Assembly (NCBI GenBank): GCA_963835065.1
Contig: CAWIEK010000049.1
Coordinates: 640,001-704,000, forward strand
DNA length: 64,000 nucleotides
Origin: an uncultured Chthonomonadaceae bacterium
GTDB lineage: Bacteria; Armatimonadota; Chthonomonadetes; Chthonomonadales; Chthonomonadaceae
Direction: 5' to 3'
In this document: positions 9,407 through 20,266 of the stretch, piece after piece
Numbering within the stretch: position 1 is the first letter of the stretch
Layout: each line of letters starts with the position of its first letter
The notes under the pieces: generated by a model
Told to the model about the DNA's origin: nothing
The model's input: only the letters and a program-made list of their open reading frames with translations
Database searches by the model: none
Translations under genes and position numbers: made by a program

Positions 9407-12400
9407 TTACCTGGTAATCGGTTGCGGCAAAACCATGCGGGACGTTTCGCCTTCGGACGTGCGCGCGCTCACTTGAATCAGGTAGGTTCCTGTCGGGAGG
9501 GCGCGGCCCTGATCGTCCTTCAAGTCCCACGTTACTTGATTGGTTCCCACGGTGGCGGCGCGTCCGGTCGCCAGGCGGCGCACATGCCGCCCGGCTCCGC
9601 TCATAATGTCAACGGATACTTCCGCCGCGCCGGATATGTCGTAGGAGACAAGGGCGCTGGAAGCCACGCCCCGCGACAGGCGGGCATCCACGCGCATGTT
9701 GGAAATCAGCAGGCGTCCCGCCGTTCGGGGTTCGGCCTTGATCTGGAACTTGCGCGAAGTCGTGCCTTTGGTCGGCGTGAAGGTGTAGGAACTGGCCGAA
9801 TTCATCACGCGGCTGGTTCCGTTTTCCGTGTCCACGAGCGTCAGGCGCATGCCGCGCGGCAGTTTGCTGACGCTGTTCCACGTCAGGGTGTACGGCTGTT
9901 CGGGCGTGGGCGTATTGACGGTAACATCCCACTGCGCTTTGCTGCCGCTGCGCCGAATGTCGGATAGGAACTCGCCCACGTTGCTGCTGCCCTTGCCCGT
10001 ATCCCAATCCGCATGGGGGAAGCGAACGCTCAGGCTGGCATTGCGCGTAAACGGCGGTGGGCTGGCCGCGTCCAGACTGGGCGTGAAGCCGTCACTGCCT
10101 TTGGGGGATTGGCCGAGCAATGCGCCCGATCCATTGCCCAGACTGTCGCGCACAATCAGAGGCAATCGCCACCCGCCCACTTCGCTCGTGCCGCTGCTGG
10201 CGCGCGTCCGCTTTAATGCGCGGCTTCGCGCCTTGCCTGCCGCCAATGCGCGCCCGGTTCCCGTTGCGGGCGTCGGGTTCACATAGCTTATCGTCACGCC
10301 TTCCGTCACCAGAACGCGAATCCAATACCCTGTCCACGCCGATAGTTGATTCTGCGTCGGGCCGCTGACCGTTGTACCCGTCGTGGTCGGAGCTTGGGTA
10401 ATGTCTTGGTACGCGCCCGTGCCGGGATTGTAGCCGAACACGCCCGTCGCCACCAGTCCCGTATTAACGGCCTGCTGCAGCGTAAGCGCGTCGCCGTTCT
10501 GGTACTGTATCTGGATGCCGGGGGTATCGGCGTTGTCCTGAAAGGTCAGGTCGGCGGTATACGGGTTGCCGATCATGTTCCAGCCGAATTGCAGGGGCAC
10601 GCTGATCAAGTCCTGATCGTTTACCTGCCTGCCAATCTTGCTCAAATCCAGATTGCTGATCGCGCCCGCAAAGTTCGTCCAGAAGCTGTAGCCGGGCTGG
10701 TACAGGGGCAGGGACGGATAGCGCGTGTACTTGCCGACGCTGGCGTCCGCGTCCTGCCGGTACTGCGCAATCAGCTGCACATTGGCGTCGGGAGTGCCGG
10801 TTCCCGAACTGAACAGCAGGGGCAGGTTGCCGTTGTAGGGCTGATAGGGCTGGAGCGGCAGGGCGATCATTTGCGGCCCGTTGTTGAACGAGTGCGTTAG
10901 CTGCGCCTGCGTCGCCTGATTCAAGCCCGTGTTCAGCACGAAGATGGGCGACACGCCCGGAATCAGCGTCTGGTTCGGATTGTCCTTGCGCGTGAACGTG
11001 TTGCGCTGAAATACAATGGGCGTATTACTCCCGTCCGGGATAAAAGTCAGCGTGGCTTTGCTGAAGCCGGTAGGGATCTCGCCCATCGTGCTTTGCCCGG
11101 CGAACGCGCCAAATTTGAATAGCGCGTTCACGTTGCCGCCGCCGCCATTGAAAAGCGTTTGCAGCGTACCTGACTGCGCGCCAATCACAACGCCGGAAAA
11201 ATCCGAGGGCGCGTTGTTAAGCGTTTCCTCATTCGCCGGGAAATAAATGCGCGTGTACTCGTTGCCACCCGCAAACGCGGAACTGGCCTGACTGCTGCTG
11301 ACAGGGAAATCAATGGCGACGCGCTGCCGGTCACTGCCTGCTGCCGGGTCGCCGACGCCCGTAAAGAACGGCGAGATACTGCCCAATCCGTTCGTGATGG
11401 GTTCCTGCGCGTTGCCGTTGGACAAAATCAGGCGGTTGGCATACTGGTAATCGAAGTAAACCGGATTGGCGACGCCGCTCAGGGGCGTTTCGTTGCCGCT
11501 CTTGTCCGTGCCGTAATACGCCAGCAGAATGGACGCGCCCGCGTTGCCGCTGGAATCGGGGAAAGTAGGCGCGGGATACGCGAACAGCTTGGGACCGGGC
11601 GTGATGCTGGTATCGAAAATGTACTGCTGCATGTACCAGTTGACAAACGGCTGACCTTCCACGTTCGGCAGGACGCCGGCGGCAAGGTCGCGCAGACGAC
11701 CTGTATCCATGCTGACTGTGCCATCGGCAGTTACGGCATCATAATAGCGATTGTTGAATTTGATGAAGAAGTTGGGGTCTTCGATGTAGCACTTGGTGAA
11801 GACGGTAGACGCCATTTGCAGGCGCGGCACGAACATGCCTGCCAACCCGCCCACCGGTTGCGCTTTCAGCGCGTCCGGCAAAAAGACCGGGTTGCCCAAT
11901 GCGGGCTGATTGAGCAGGTCGTAGTAGGGCGTGTAGTAAAAGCCGGGAACCGCGTCTACAGGGTCAAGGCCGCTGATGCTGTTGAAAAAGTTGCTTGCGT
12001 TGAAGTCCTGCGCGGCGATGGTGGCTGCCGCCCGCGCAATGCCCTGATTCCATACATCGTAGCCGAAGTTTTTGGGCACGTAAAAACATTGCGCCAGCGT
12101 TTGCGCGAGGGCGAGAAACGTATCCTGATCGCTGCTGAACGTGGGCATATCAATGTTGATAACGCTGTTGGCCGCGTCCACCACAATAATCGCGCCGCGT
12201 ACGCTCTGATTCTGCGTGGCAATATCAGGATCGAAATTGTTGATGTTGACGGTAAAATTGGAAAACGGCGCTCCAAGAATTTTTTTGAGTTCCCCGTACA
12301 GCGCAGGCGTTCCGTTGACATTCTGCAAAAACGCGCTCAGGGAGCGGTACGTCTTGCTGTTGGTGTCGAAGGCATTTGTTCCCTGCGTGACGATGTTGAT

Positions 12401-12814
12401 TTGCAGGTTATTGCCGGCAGGCACATCGCGGGATACGCTCCGTTTTGCCTGCGGCGTCACCAACCGTCCGTTTTGCCTTAAATACACCATCTGCACGAGC
12501 GGGAATTGGCCGGTAGGCTTGAGCAGATGCCGACGGCGCATCTGGTCAATTTCGCGCGCCAAAATGGTGGTTTGGGCGCTCAAGGTTGACCGAACTTTGG
12601 TTTTCACGGCGCGCTGTACGGCAGCCGTATCGCTGGCATCCTTGACATCCACGATGATACCGGACTGCGGGCCGTTGCTTACAGTACGAAAACGCTGGTT
12701 GATGACATTGTGGTAAGGCTGCTGCGCGCGGGTAAGCGTTGGCGCTGCCAATGCGGACGCCGACAAGGACAGGGCGGCGGTCACGCGCAGGGCGCGAAAG
12801 GGAAATCCGTTCAA
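9407..12814 (-). CDS. Large secreted protein with C-terminal FlgD Ig-like domain
   Basis: GGAGG RBS before TTG, signal peptide, C-terminal VTWDLKDDQGRALPTGTYLIQV FlgD-type motif. Confidence 0.75.
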   Translation of the reverse strand: MNGFPFRALRVTAALSLSASALAAPTLTRAQQPYHNVINQRFRTVSNGPQSGIIVDVKDASDTAAVQRAVKTKVRSTLSAQTTILAREIDQMRRRHLLKPTGQFPLVQMVYLRQNGRLVTPQAKRSVSRDVPAGNNLQINIVTQGTNAFDTNSKTYRSLSAFLQNVNGTPALYGELKKILGAPFSNFTVNINNFDPDIATQNQSVRGAIIVVDAANSVINIDMPTFSSDQDTFLALAQTLAQCFYVPKNFGYDVWNQGIARAAATIAAQDFNASNFFNSISGLDPVDAVPGFYYTPYYDLLNQPALGNPVFLPDALKAQPVGGLAGMFVPRLQMASTVFTKCYIEDPNFFIKFNNRYYDAVTADGTVSMDTGRLRDLAAGVLPNVEGQPFVNWYMQQYIFDTSITPGPKLFAYPAPTFPDSSGNAGASILLAYYGTDKSGNETPLSGVANPVYFDYQYANRLILSNGNAQEPITNGLGSISPFFTGVGDPAAGSDRQRVAIDFPVSSSQASSAFAGGNEYTRIYFPANEETLNNAPSDFSGVVIGAQSGTLQTLFNGGGGNVNALFKFGAFAGQSTMGEIPTGFSKATLTFIPDGSNTPIVFQRNTFTRKDNPNQTLIPGVSPIFVLNTGLNQATQAQLTHSFNNGPQMIALPLQPYQPYNGNLPLLFSSGTGTPDANVQLIAQYRQDADASVGKYTRYPSLPLYQPGYSFWTNFAGAISNLDLSKIGRQVNDQDLISVPLQFGWNMIGNPYTADLTFQDNADTPGIQIQYQNGDALTLQQAVNTGLVATGVFGYNPGTGAYQDITQAPTTTGTTVSGPTQNQLSAWTGYWIRVLVTEGVTISYVNPTPATGTGRALAAGKARSRALKRTRASSGTSEVGGWRLPLIVRDSLGNGSGALLGQSPKGSDGFTPSLDAASPPPFTRNASLSVRFPHADWDTGKGSSNVGEFLSDIRRSGSKAQWDVTVNTPTPEQPYTLTWNSVSKLPRGMRLTLVDTENGTSRVMNSASSYTFTPTKGTTSRKFQIKAEPRTAGRLLISNMRVDARLSRGVASSALVSYDISGAAEVSVDIMSGAGRHVRRLATGRAATVGTNQVTWDLKDDQGRALPTGTYLIQVSARTSEGETSRMVLPQPITR

Positions 12815-13199
12815 GCGTAAATCCTCCGGGAAGAAGGGCCGAGGGGGTTGGCTCCGCAATCCTGCGTTTTGGGAAGACGATTGGGAACCGGGCCGAGGGT
12901 TAATGCGCCGGGATGGGGAAAAGGGCGCGAAACCGAATATGCAGCGTGGCATTCACGCAGCAAGCACACCCTCATTGTAGCAAACGCAGGCGATTGTGTC
13001 AAGGGGCGCGCGATGTTTTCGTTTACCGATCTGCCTATGCAGGCGTCATGTCCATTGCCGGAGTCGTGCAGGCGCTGTAAAATGAGCAGGAATCAGAAGC
13101 AGAAACCTAGAATCTAATTTGCAAGTGTGCCCGATAGCCACGACGAATATATCTTTCCCTGCGTTGTTCCTGTTGCGCAAGAGAGGTGAACTGCCTGCG

Positions 13200-14561
13200 A
13201 TGTACGTCCAATCCCTGCATTTAGAAAATATCAAAGCCTTTGATAAACTAGACATTGAATTCACACACCAAAGAGACTATGGTTCTTCTTATGCAGGTTT
13301 GAACGTATTTGTAGGCGGTAACTCATCGGGAAAATCCACTCTGCTCAAGTCTATGGCAATGGCGATTTCCGGTCCAACAGTCGCCAATCAGCAACTGATC
13401 ACGCCTGCAGGCTGGATATATAGGGGGGCCAAGCGTGGCGTAATCGAGTTAAAAGTGCATTGGGACCCTGTATACGACTCGCTACGAGGTGGAGGTAAAT
13501 CGCCTGCGGGAGATGGCTTTTCCGTTGGGTTGGCTTTCGAGACTGAGCAGGATGCTTCTGCTACCGTATTGAAGTCAAAAGATTACTACACTCCCAGACG
13601 CACGAAACTTATTTCGGCAGACCGAGGCCCGTGGAATGCAGATACGACGGGTTGGCTGCTCGGAGCTTATGGCCCTATGCGTCGTCTAACCGGTAGTTCT
13701 ACTGAAGCGCTTAGATATCAGCTAGGGCGGGGCAAACTGGCGAGTTGTGTCACACTTTTTCGGGAGGATGCTGCCCTCAGCGAAAGTGAAACTTGGCTTA
13801 AACAGGAGTATGCACGTGCACTTGAGCAGCAAAGCCAAGACCGTATTCCTTCTCCGTTCGTTGCACAGGTCCAGGCATTCCTCAACGATGGCTTGCTTCC
13901 CAAAAGTTTCCATATTGCAAAAGTTTCCGTAGATCATGTATACATGACAACACCGAACGGCGGCGACTTGCCCATGCGTGACCTGAGTGATGGCTGCCGT
14001 AGCGCGTTTGCGCTGATGCTGGACATCATACACAGCATGGCGTTAGCCTATCCCGGCAAAGTTATCTTTGAACAGGACGAACAGGGGCGCATGGTTGTCA
14101 ATAAACCGGGCGTCATTCTGATTGATGAAATCGAAGCGCACCTGCATCCCTCGTGGCAGCGTCTGATTTGCGAATGGCTGAAAACTCGCTTTCCACAGGT
14201 TCAGTTTTTCCTCACCACGCACAGCCCGCTCATTGCACAAGCCGCTGATGAAGGAGGTTTGTTTGTTCTGCCTCTGCCCGATGAGATAACTTCCAAGCGT
14301 GGTATTCGCCGCCTCAGTCCGCATGAGCAGAAGCGCATTACGCTCGGCAGTGCAGAAAAGGTGCTTCTTGGCGCTGCGTTCGGACTCAAACACACTTGGA
14401 GTCCGCGCGCGGAACGGCTTGTTGATAGTTGGGAGCGCCTCGCCGCACAGCGTGACGCCAGAGGGAGCCTGCCGCCGGAAGAGGAGAAAGAATACCAAGA
14501 GCTATCAGATCAGGTGGAAATCGTGTTCGATGACCTGCCGGAAGAAATAGTTCATGCGTAA
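13200..14561 (+). CDS. AAA/ABC-type ATPase (AAA_21, Septu PtuA-like)
   Basis: Walker A GGNSSGKST, signature LSDG, Walker B ILIDEIEAHLHP, TTHSP; coupled to an HNH gene. Confidence 0.85.
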   Translation: MYVQSLHLENIKAFDKLDIEFTHQRDYGSSYAGLNVFVGGNSSGKSTLLKSMAMAISGPTVANQQLITPAGWIYRGAKRGVIELKVHWDPVYDSLRGGGKSPAGDGFSVGLAFETEQDASATVLKSKDYYTPRRTKLISADRGPWNADTTGWLLGAYGPMRRLTGSSTEALRYQLGRGKLASCVTLFREDAALSESETWLKQEYARALEQQSQDRIPSPFVAQVQAFLNDGLLPKSFHIAKVSVDHVYMTTPNGGDLPMRDLSDGCRSAFALMLDIIHSMALAYPGKVIFEQDEQGRMVVNKPGVILIDEIEAHLHPSWQRLICEWLKTRFPQVQFFLTTHSPLIAQAADEGGLFVLPLPDEITSKRGIRRLSPHEQKRITLGSAEKVLLGAAFGLKHTWSPRAERLVDSWERLAAQRDARGSLPPEEEKEYQELSDQVEIVFDDLPEEIVHA

Positions 14562-15303
14562 CTTTCCGCCTCGCCCGATTCTTGCACCCGTTGTTCAAAC
14601 GCTATTGCTGGAGAAAAGCAATCATATTCTTGCCATAACGGATCAAAAGGAAAAAAAGCAGAGGGCGCGTAATACCTACGAGGCCACCCGCAAAACCCAA
14701 TGGTTTAAGCCGGTGGTAGACGCTTTGCGCAGCCTGTGCGGAGAGGGCGAACTGTGTATGTATTGCAGTTCCAATGAGCCGTCACAGGTAGAACATTACC
14801 GTCCGCTATCCACTTTTCCAGAGCAGGCGTTTCGTTATGAAAACTACCTCTGGACATGCGACATCTGCAACAGAACGTATAAAGGCGAACGATTTCCGCC
14901 GGATACGGAGCCGGGAGAACAGATATTGAACCCACTGGAGGATAATGTATGGGACTACTTTTTCCTCAGCGAGCAAAACGGGCGCTTGCTGCGAAAGTTT
15001 GACACTAAACTTAACGCTTATGTGCCTCGCGCTGTGAGTACCTGCGATGTGGTTGGCATTAACAGGGAGAACGTCCAGAAGAAGCGCCAACACCGCTTCC
15101 GTCGGCTTCGTCTGAATATGGAAGACGCCCTGAACAAGTTCCATGCCGGAACGCTTTCACAGGTGGAATTACGCGAGGAAATTGCTGTACTACGCGCCGA
15201 ACCGTTTCAGGCCGATGTTGCCGACTATTTTCTCAACGGTCCCGGCCGTGTACAGGAGCCTTTCCTATCAGCGCTCTTTCATGCGGGAGAGACAGTACCT
15301 TGA
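14554..15303 (+). CDS. HNH endonuclease (Septu PtuB-like)
   Basis: CMYC...VEHYRP...NYLWTCDICN zinc/HNH pattern; overlaps the ATPase stop by 8 nt. Confidence 0.8.
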   Translation: MRNFPPRPILAPVVQTLLLEKSNHILAITDQKEKKQRARNTYEATRKTQWFKPVVDALRSLCGEGELCMYCSSNEPSQVEHYRPLSTFPEQAFRYENYLWTCDICNRTYKGERFPPDTEPGEQILNPLEDNVWDYFFLSEQNGRLLRKFDTKLNAYVPRAVSTCDVVGINRENVQKKRQHRFRRLRLNMEDALNKFHAGTLSQVELREEIAVLRAEPFQADVADYFLNGPGRVQEPFLSALFHAGETVP

Positions 15304-15355
15304 AAGTAACTTAAAAGATGGACATTATCAAGCCGAAATAGCGGCGCGTTCTGCG

Positions 15356-16405
15356 CTACCGATGCTGCAAGAGCCAGAACGCGCCTGCTGCCACGCCTAC
15401 AATCACCGTCGCGTAGAAGAGGGCGAACGCTTCGCTGCGGTCATAGCGGAACTGGCGCAGGTTCATGCCGATGACCACAATGGCGATGGGAACCAGGGCG
15501 GGCAGGGCAATCGCGGTAAACGCCACCACCAGCATATACAAAGACAGCGTGGCGCACAGAACCACGAACGTATTCCACGCGGGAACGCCAAAGCGCTTGA
15601 AACACGCGAAAAACAGCGCCATGAACAGAAAATCCGCAAAGCCGATTTGAAGCTGCAAGGGCGACGACCCTCTGGCGGCATGCGTGGCCGGGATCTGCAC
15701 GGTCAGGCTGGTCATGGCGACCTGCGCAAGCGGCGATTGCCCGCTGATGGCTTTATGCACCACGCCCACACTGCTGAACACGGCCATGATGTCTACCAGT
15801 CCCAGCACCACGCCGGCGGGCATCAACAGCTTCATCTCCTTGATTAAGCGCGAAATCCCTACCCCAATACACGCCGCCAGCCACATCACCAGCAGTTCTT
15901 TCAGCCCCAACACATGCGCGAGGAGGATGGTGTATTGCCTGTACACCGGCCCCACCTGCGGCCAGCCGCTCCAACGGGGTATCAGCGCAAACAAAACCGG
16001 AACGCCCACTATCGGCAGCGCAAACAAACCCGCCAGCGCGAAATTCAGAATAAGAGTTTGTGGCCTTACCAGCGCCCGCGCCACGCGCACCGTGAACACA
16101 AGCATCAGCACCATTGCCGCCAGCGTGACGAAAACCGTTGACGTGACGCTGAACGGCAGCAGGGTGGAAACCCGAAAAAAGACAAGATACAGCAGGGCGG
16201 TGGCAATCGCGTACCAGCCCTCGTTATTCGGTTTGAGCGCGGGAGGATTGGCCGCTATCCAATCTCCCTGCTCGTCGGCTTTCCCGTTTTCAGCAGAAGG
16301 AGCCGCATACAGCGCCGCATACTCCTCCGTTGAGATTGCGGTAGAGGCTTTGGGTGCAACATCGTTTGGCACAGTATCGCCGGGTTCTGAAGGTGTGTTA
16401 GTCAT
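15356..16405 (-). CDS. Polytopic membrane protein with presenilin/SPP (peptidase A22)-like motifs
   Basis: About 9 hydrophobic segments; VDIMAV, IGFADF and LPALVP motifs in the A22 order. Confidence 0.6.
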   Translation of the reverse strand: MTNTPSEPGDTVPNDVAPKASTAISTEEYAALYAAPSAENGKADEQGDWIAANPPALKPNNEGWYAIATALLYLVFFRVSTLLPFSVTSTVFVTLAAMVLMLVFTVRVARALVRPQTLILNFALAGLFALPIVGVPVLFALIPRWSGWPQVGPVYRQYTILLAHVLGLKELLVMWLAACIGVGISRLIKEMKLLMPAGVVLGLVDIMAVFSSVGVVHKAISGQSPLAQVAMTSLTVQIPATHAARGSSPLQLQIGFADFLFMALFFACFKRFGVPAWNTFVVLCATLSLYMLVVAFTAIALPALVPIAIVVIGMNLRQFRYDRSEAFALFYATVIVGVAAGAFWLLQHR

Positions 16406-16519
16406 TCGTTAAATTAATCCATGCGCTGCCCGACTGCCGCAGTTCTTGCAGCGTTACGGGGCTTTATGCAATTTCATGCGTTTTTAGCCTGTACGCGCAA
16501 CAAAAACACGCGGCAGGCT

Positions 16520-16549
16520 TTGACAAATCACGTTCGGATATTATATAAT
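16520..16549 (+). promoter_or_regulatory. Consensus sigma70 promoter
   Basis: TTGACA-18 bp-TATAAT. Confidence 0.7.
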
Positions 16550-17080
16550 AGCTTAGTATCCGCGTCAAGGCGCGTTTTCTCTTTTCGACCTGATACTTTC
16601 CTGCTCTATCCGGCTTTTTTGCTGTTCCTGCACAACCCGCGCGGTTCCAACGTTGAAACCGCTGCGTTATTTTCGCTTTGCTTTACCGACAAGCTTGCTT
16701 CCGCGGTGCTGCAATTCGCCCTGCGCCTGCCTTTCAGTCGCGTTAAAAGCGGCTGACGGCTGTTGCCGGTTTGTATGCGCTCCCCGCCTCGCTCGCGGAA
16801 TGAACGGCGCTGAAATGGTTTGGCGTTTGTTCATTTTGCCCCAAACGTCTTCCGCGCTTTGCCCCTCCGCCCTTCGGCTTGACGGATGCGTGTTTTCTTT
16901 TCTCTCCCTTCGCGCGCTGCCCACCTGTTTCAGACTGCAACATTAACAGTAAAGGCGCAAAAGCAAGAGCGCCTCCTATACGCGAACTCTTAAACTCTGA
17001 GAACACCGAACGTAATACCATAGAACCCTAAAACCCTAAAACCTTAAAACCCTGATGCTTTACTTCTACGGAGAACCATT

Positions 17081-17662
17081 GTGAACGACAAACCCTTGCG
17101 TATCGTCATTGCCGATGACGAACCCATCATACGCTTAGACTTGAAAAAAATGCTGGAAGATTGCGGGTACGACGTAGTAGGCGAGGCCGGGGATGGCGTC
17201 CGCGCGCTGGACGCCGCGCGCAATCTCAAACCGGACGTGATGATTCTGGACATCAAAATGCCGGAAATGGACGGAATTGACGCCGCCAAAATCATTACGG
17301 AAGAAAAAATTGCTCCGGTCCTGCTGCTCACGGCGTACAGCCAGCTTGACCTTGTAAACCGCGCCAAAGAAGCGGGGGTGTTTTCCTATCTGGTCAAGCC
17401 TTTCAAAGAGGCCGACCTTATGCCGCAAATCGAAGTGGCCGTTGCCCGGTGGGGCGCGTTTCAGCGCATCGAAGAGCAGGCCGCCGATCTGGAAGACAAG
17501 TTGGAAACTCGCAAATCCGTAGACCGCGCCAAAGGCATCCTGATGGACCAGTACGGCTTGAAGGAACAGGAAGCCTTTCGCCGCATCCAGGTGCAAAGCA
17601 TGAACACGCGCAAGTCCATGCGCGAAATCGCCGAAGCTATCATCATTGCGCATAACGTTTGA
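17081..17662 (+). CDS. ANTAR-domain response regulator (PdtaR/EutV-like)
   Basis: REC domain (IADDE, LDIKMP) plus ANTAR RAKGILM...EAFRRIQ..SMN.R.SM. Confidence 0.93.
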   Translation: MNDKPLRIVIADDEPIIRLDLKKMLEDCGYDVVGEAGDGVRALDAARNLKPDVMILDIKMPEMDGIDAAKIITEEKIAPVLLLTAYSQLDLVNRAKEAGVFSYLVKPFKEADLMPQIEVAVARWGAFQRIEEQAADLEDKLETRKSVDRAKGILMDQYGLKEQEAFRRIQVQSMNTRKSMREIAEAIIIAHNV

Positions 17663-17663
17663 G

Positions 17664-17781
17664 AAGTAGCCAGTAGTCAGTAGTCAGTAGAAGAACCCTT
17701 CCTGTAAACTGCTTTTGAAATGCAACGTCTTGAGGAGACAGGCATTTCTACTGGCTACTGACTACTGACTACTGGCTACTT
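17664..17781. repeat. Inverted heptamer-array hairpin element (AGTAGTC)n
   Basis: (agtagtc)n arm, ~55-bp core ending GGCATTTCT, (gactact)n arm. Confidence 0.85.
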
Positions 17782-17786
17782 GTCTT

Positions 17787-19563
17787 ATGAAACACCCTCG
17801 CCTACCCGCTTCCTGGCGTTCGCGCCGCCTGACATCCGCGCTGCGCCGCAGCGACAACCCGGATGTCGCCCTGCTTCAGCAGGAGTTAGAAAATCGTGAC
17901 CGCCGGATACGCGATATGGCGCTGTCCGAACAGCAACTCCGCGCCGAATTGGAAGAAAAAAAGGGCGAAGCCGAAGCCTTGCGGCGCGTTGGCGAAGCTA
18001 TGGGGTCGGCTTTTGACACCGAAGAGATGCTCAAGGTCACAGCCGACATCGCCATTCGCATTACGGAAACAGACTCGTGCCAGGTGTACTTGATAGACAA
18101 AGCGCGGCATGAATTGGTTTTACGCGCGGCGGACTCCAGCTTTTCGCACATGGTCGGCAAAATTCGCTTAAAAATGGGACAGGGCATCACGGGTTGGGTC
18201 GCCCGCGAGCGCAAGCCGGTCATGGTCAGCCACAAAGCGTATGAGGATCACCGCTTTATCTTTTTTCCCGAAATGCACGAGGGCGAGTACGAGTCCATTT
18301 TGTCGGTTCCTCTGGTGACGCGGGGTGAAATACTGGGCGTTATCAATGTGCGAACCCGCCAGCCCAATGTGTACACGCAGAATCAGGTGCGGCTGCTGTC
18401 GGGGATCGCCAATCAAGTGGCGGGCGCGATTGAAAAATCCCGGCGCTTTCGGCAGTTGGAGCGCCATGCCGTGCAGCTGCATACCCTCTCGGAAGTGAGT
18501 CAGGCGATTACCTCCAATATGTATCTGGAGGAACTGCTGTCACTGTTTGTCCGCCTGACCGCCCGCACGATGCAGTATAAAATCTGCACCGTGATGCTTG
18601 TAGACGAAACCAAGCGCGAACTGGTCATCAAGGCGACGCAGGCCGACAGCAATGAATACGCGCAAAAGCCCAATCTCAAAGTCGGGGAAAGCGTTGCAGG
18701 GACGGGTTGTGGCGGAAAAGCGCATCATCACTCTTGCCGATGTGCAGAAAGCCCCCGATTACAACTTCCCCGACATTGCGCAGCGAGCGGGCGTCCGCTC
18801 GCTTGCCAGCATCCCCCTGATGATGAAGGGCGAGGCCATTGGCGCGCTCAACTGCTACACGGAAAAAGTCCACACCTTCACGATGGAAGAACTTGCAATT
18901 TTGCAGGCGCTCGCAACGCAGGCCGCGCTTGCCATTGACCATGCCAAACTGATGGTGAAGTCCGCCGTGATACAGGAAATGCACCACCGCGTCAAGAACA
19001 ACTTGCAGCAGATCGTCAGCTTGGTGCGCCTGGAAATGCGCTACTCGAAATACACGACGGTTGAAGACGCGCTCAACGATACCTTGAACCGTATACTGGC
19101 GATTTCCAGCGTCCATGAACTGCTGACACGCGACGATCTGGACACGGTAAGCATGAAAAAAGTGGCGGAAAGCATCATTCACGCCACACAGCAATCGGTT
19201 GTGCCGCCCGGCAAAACGATTTATACGACGGTGGAAGGCGACGACTTCATTCTGCCGCTCGCCAAAGCCACGTCTATGGCGCTCGTCCTGAACGAGCTGG
19301 TACAAAACGCGGTGGAGCATGGCTTCAAAACGCTCAATGACGGGCGCATCCACATCTTTTTGGGTGAAACGTCAACCGAACTGCGCGTTTTCGTCACCAA
19401 CGATGGCGCAACCCTGCCCCCCGGCTTCACCTTCAAAAGCAGCGACAGCCTGGGCCTGTCCATCGTGGAAACCCTCGTGCGCGGCGATCTCAACGGAACC
19501 TTCACGCTGGAAAACGAACCGGACGGCAAAAGCATCACCGCCAGTGTCATTGTTCCGCGCTAA
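17787..19563 (+). CDS. GAF-GAF sensor histidine kinase (HisKA_2, PdtaS/EutW-like), apparent frameshift at ~18700
   Basis: Two GAF domains, EMHHRVKNNLQ, NELVQNA, SLGLSIV; removing one G from GGG at 18699-18701 joins the two ORFs. Confidence 0.88.
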
Positions 19564-19622
19564 CTTCATAAGCATGCTTCACGAAGTTTGGGTACACTAA
19601 ACAAAATCGTAAAGGAAACATC

Positions 19623-20240
19623 ATGACAGTCGCAGCGCTAACCGCTTCTGTGCCGCGCCGCATGACGTTCGAGGAGTTCCTTGAATGGGCGGACGAGGAT
19701 GTTCATGCGGAATGGGTGAATGGAGAGATTGAGTTTATGAGTCCGGCTTCTTTTCAGCATCAGGATTTGGTTGGCTTCCTGACCGCTTTGCTGCGCCTTC
19801 TCGCTGAGGTACGCCAGTTGGGCAAAGTGGTAGGCCAGCCCTTCATAATGAAAACCGGTGTTCATCTGCCGGGACGAGAGCCGGACATTTTGTTTATCGC
19901 CACTGCCAATCTGCATCGTATCCAGCGCAACTATCTGGACGGCCCTGCGGATTTGGTGATTGAAATTGTCAGCCCGGAAAGCCAGACGCGCGACAGAAGA
20001 ATCAAAACTGAAGAGTATCGGCAGGGTGGCGTACCAGAGTACTGGACGCTGGACCCCATGCAACAGGAGGCGATTTTTCGTCTGTTGCAGGCGGATGGAA
20101 CTTACCTTCAGATACAGCCGGACGAAAACGGCATCTATCACTCCTCAGCCATGCCGGGATTGTGGATCAACGTCAATTGGCTCTGGCAAAACCCGTTGCC
20201 TGGAATTTTATCCATTCTCCGGCTATGGGGCCTGGTTTAA
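19623..20240 (+). CDS. Uma2 family endonuclease
   Basis: EWVNG, REPDILF, PADLVIEIVSP, GVPEYW. Confidence 0.88.
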   Translation: MTVAALTASVPRRMTFEEFLEWADEDVHAEWVNGEIEFMSPASFQHQDLVGFLTALLRLLAEVRQLGKVVGQPFIMKTGVHLPGREPDILFIATANLHRIQRNYLDGPADLVIEIVSPESQTRDRRIKTEEYRQGGVPEYWTLDPMQQEAIFRLLQADGTYLQIQPDENGIYHSSAMPGLWINVNWLWQNPLPGILSILRLWGLV

Positions 20241-20266
20241 CTTTGCAGGATAATGAGTAACCTAAA

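Noticed and set aside
12960..13200. Retron ncRNA upstream of the Septu-like pair
   Set aside because: No adjacent RT and no convincing flanking inverted repeats; the only RT is 26 kb away in a cas context.
18690..18710. Programmed frameshifting in the kinase, map or NlpC/P60 genes
   Set aside because: No slippery heptamer with a downstream structure; sequencing error is simpler.
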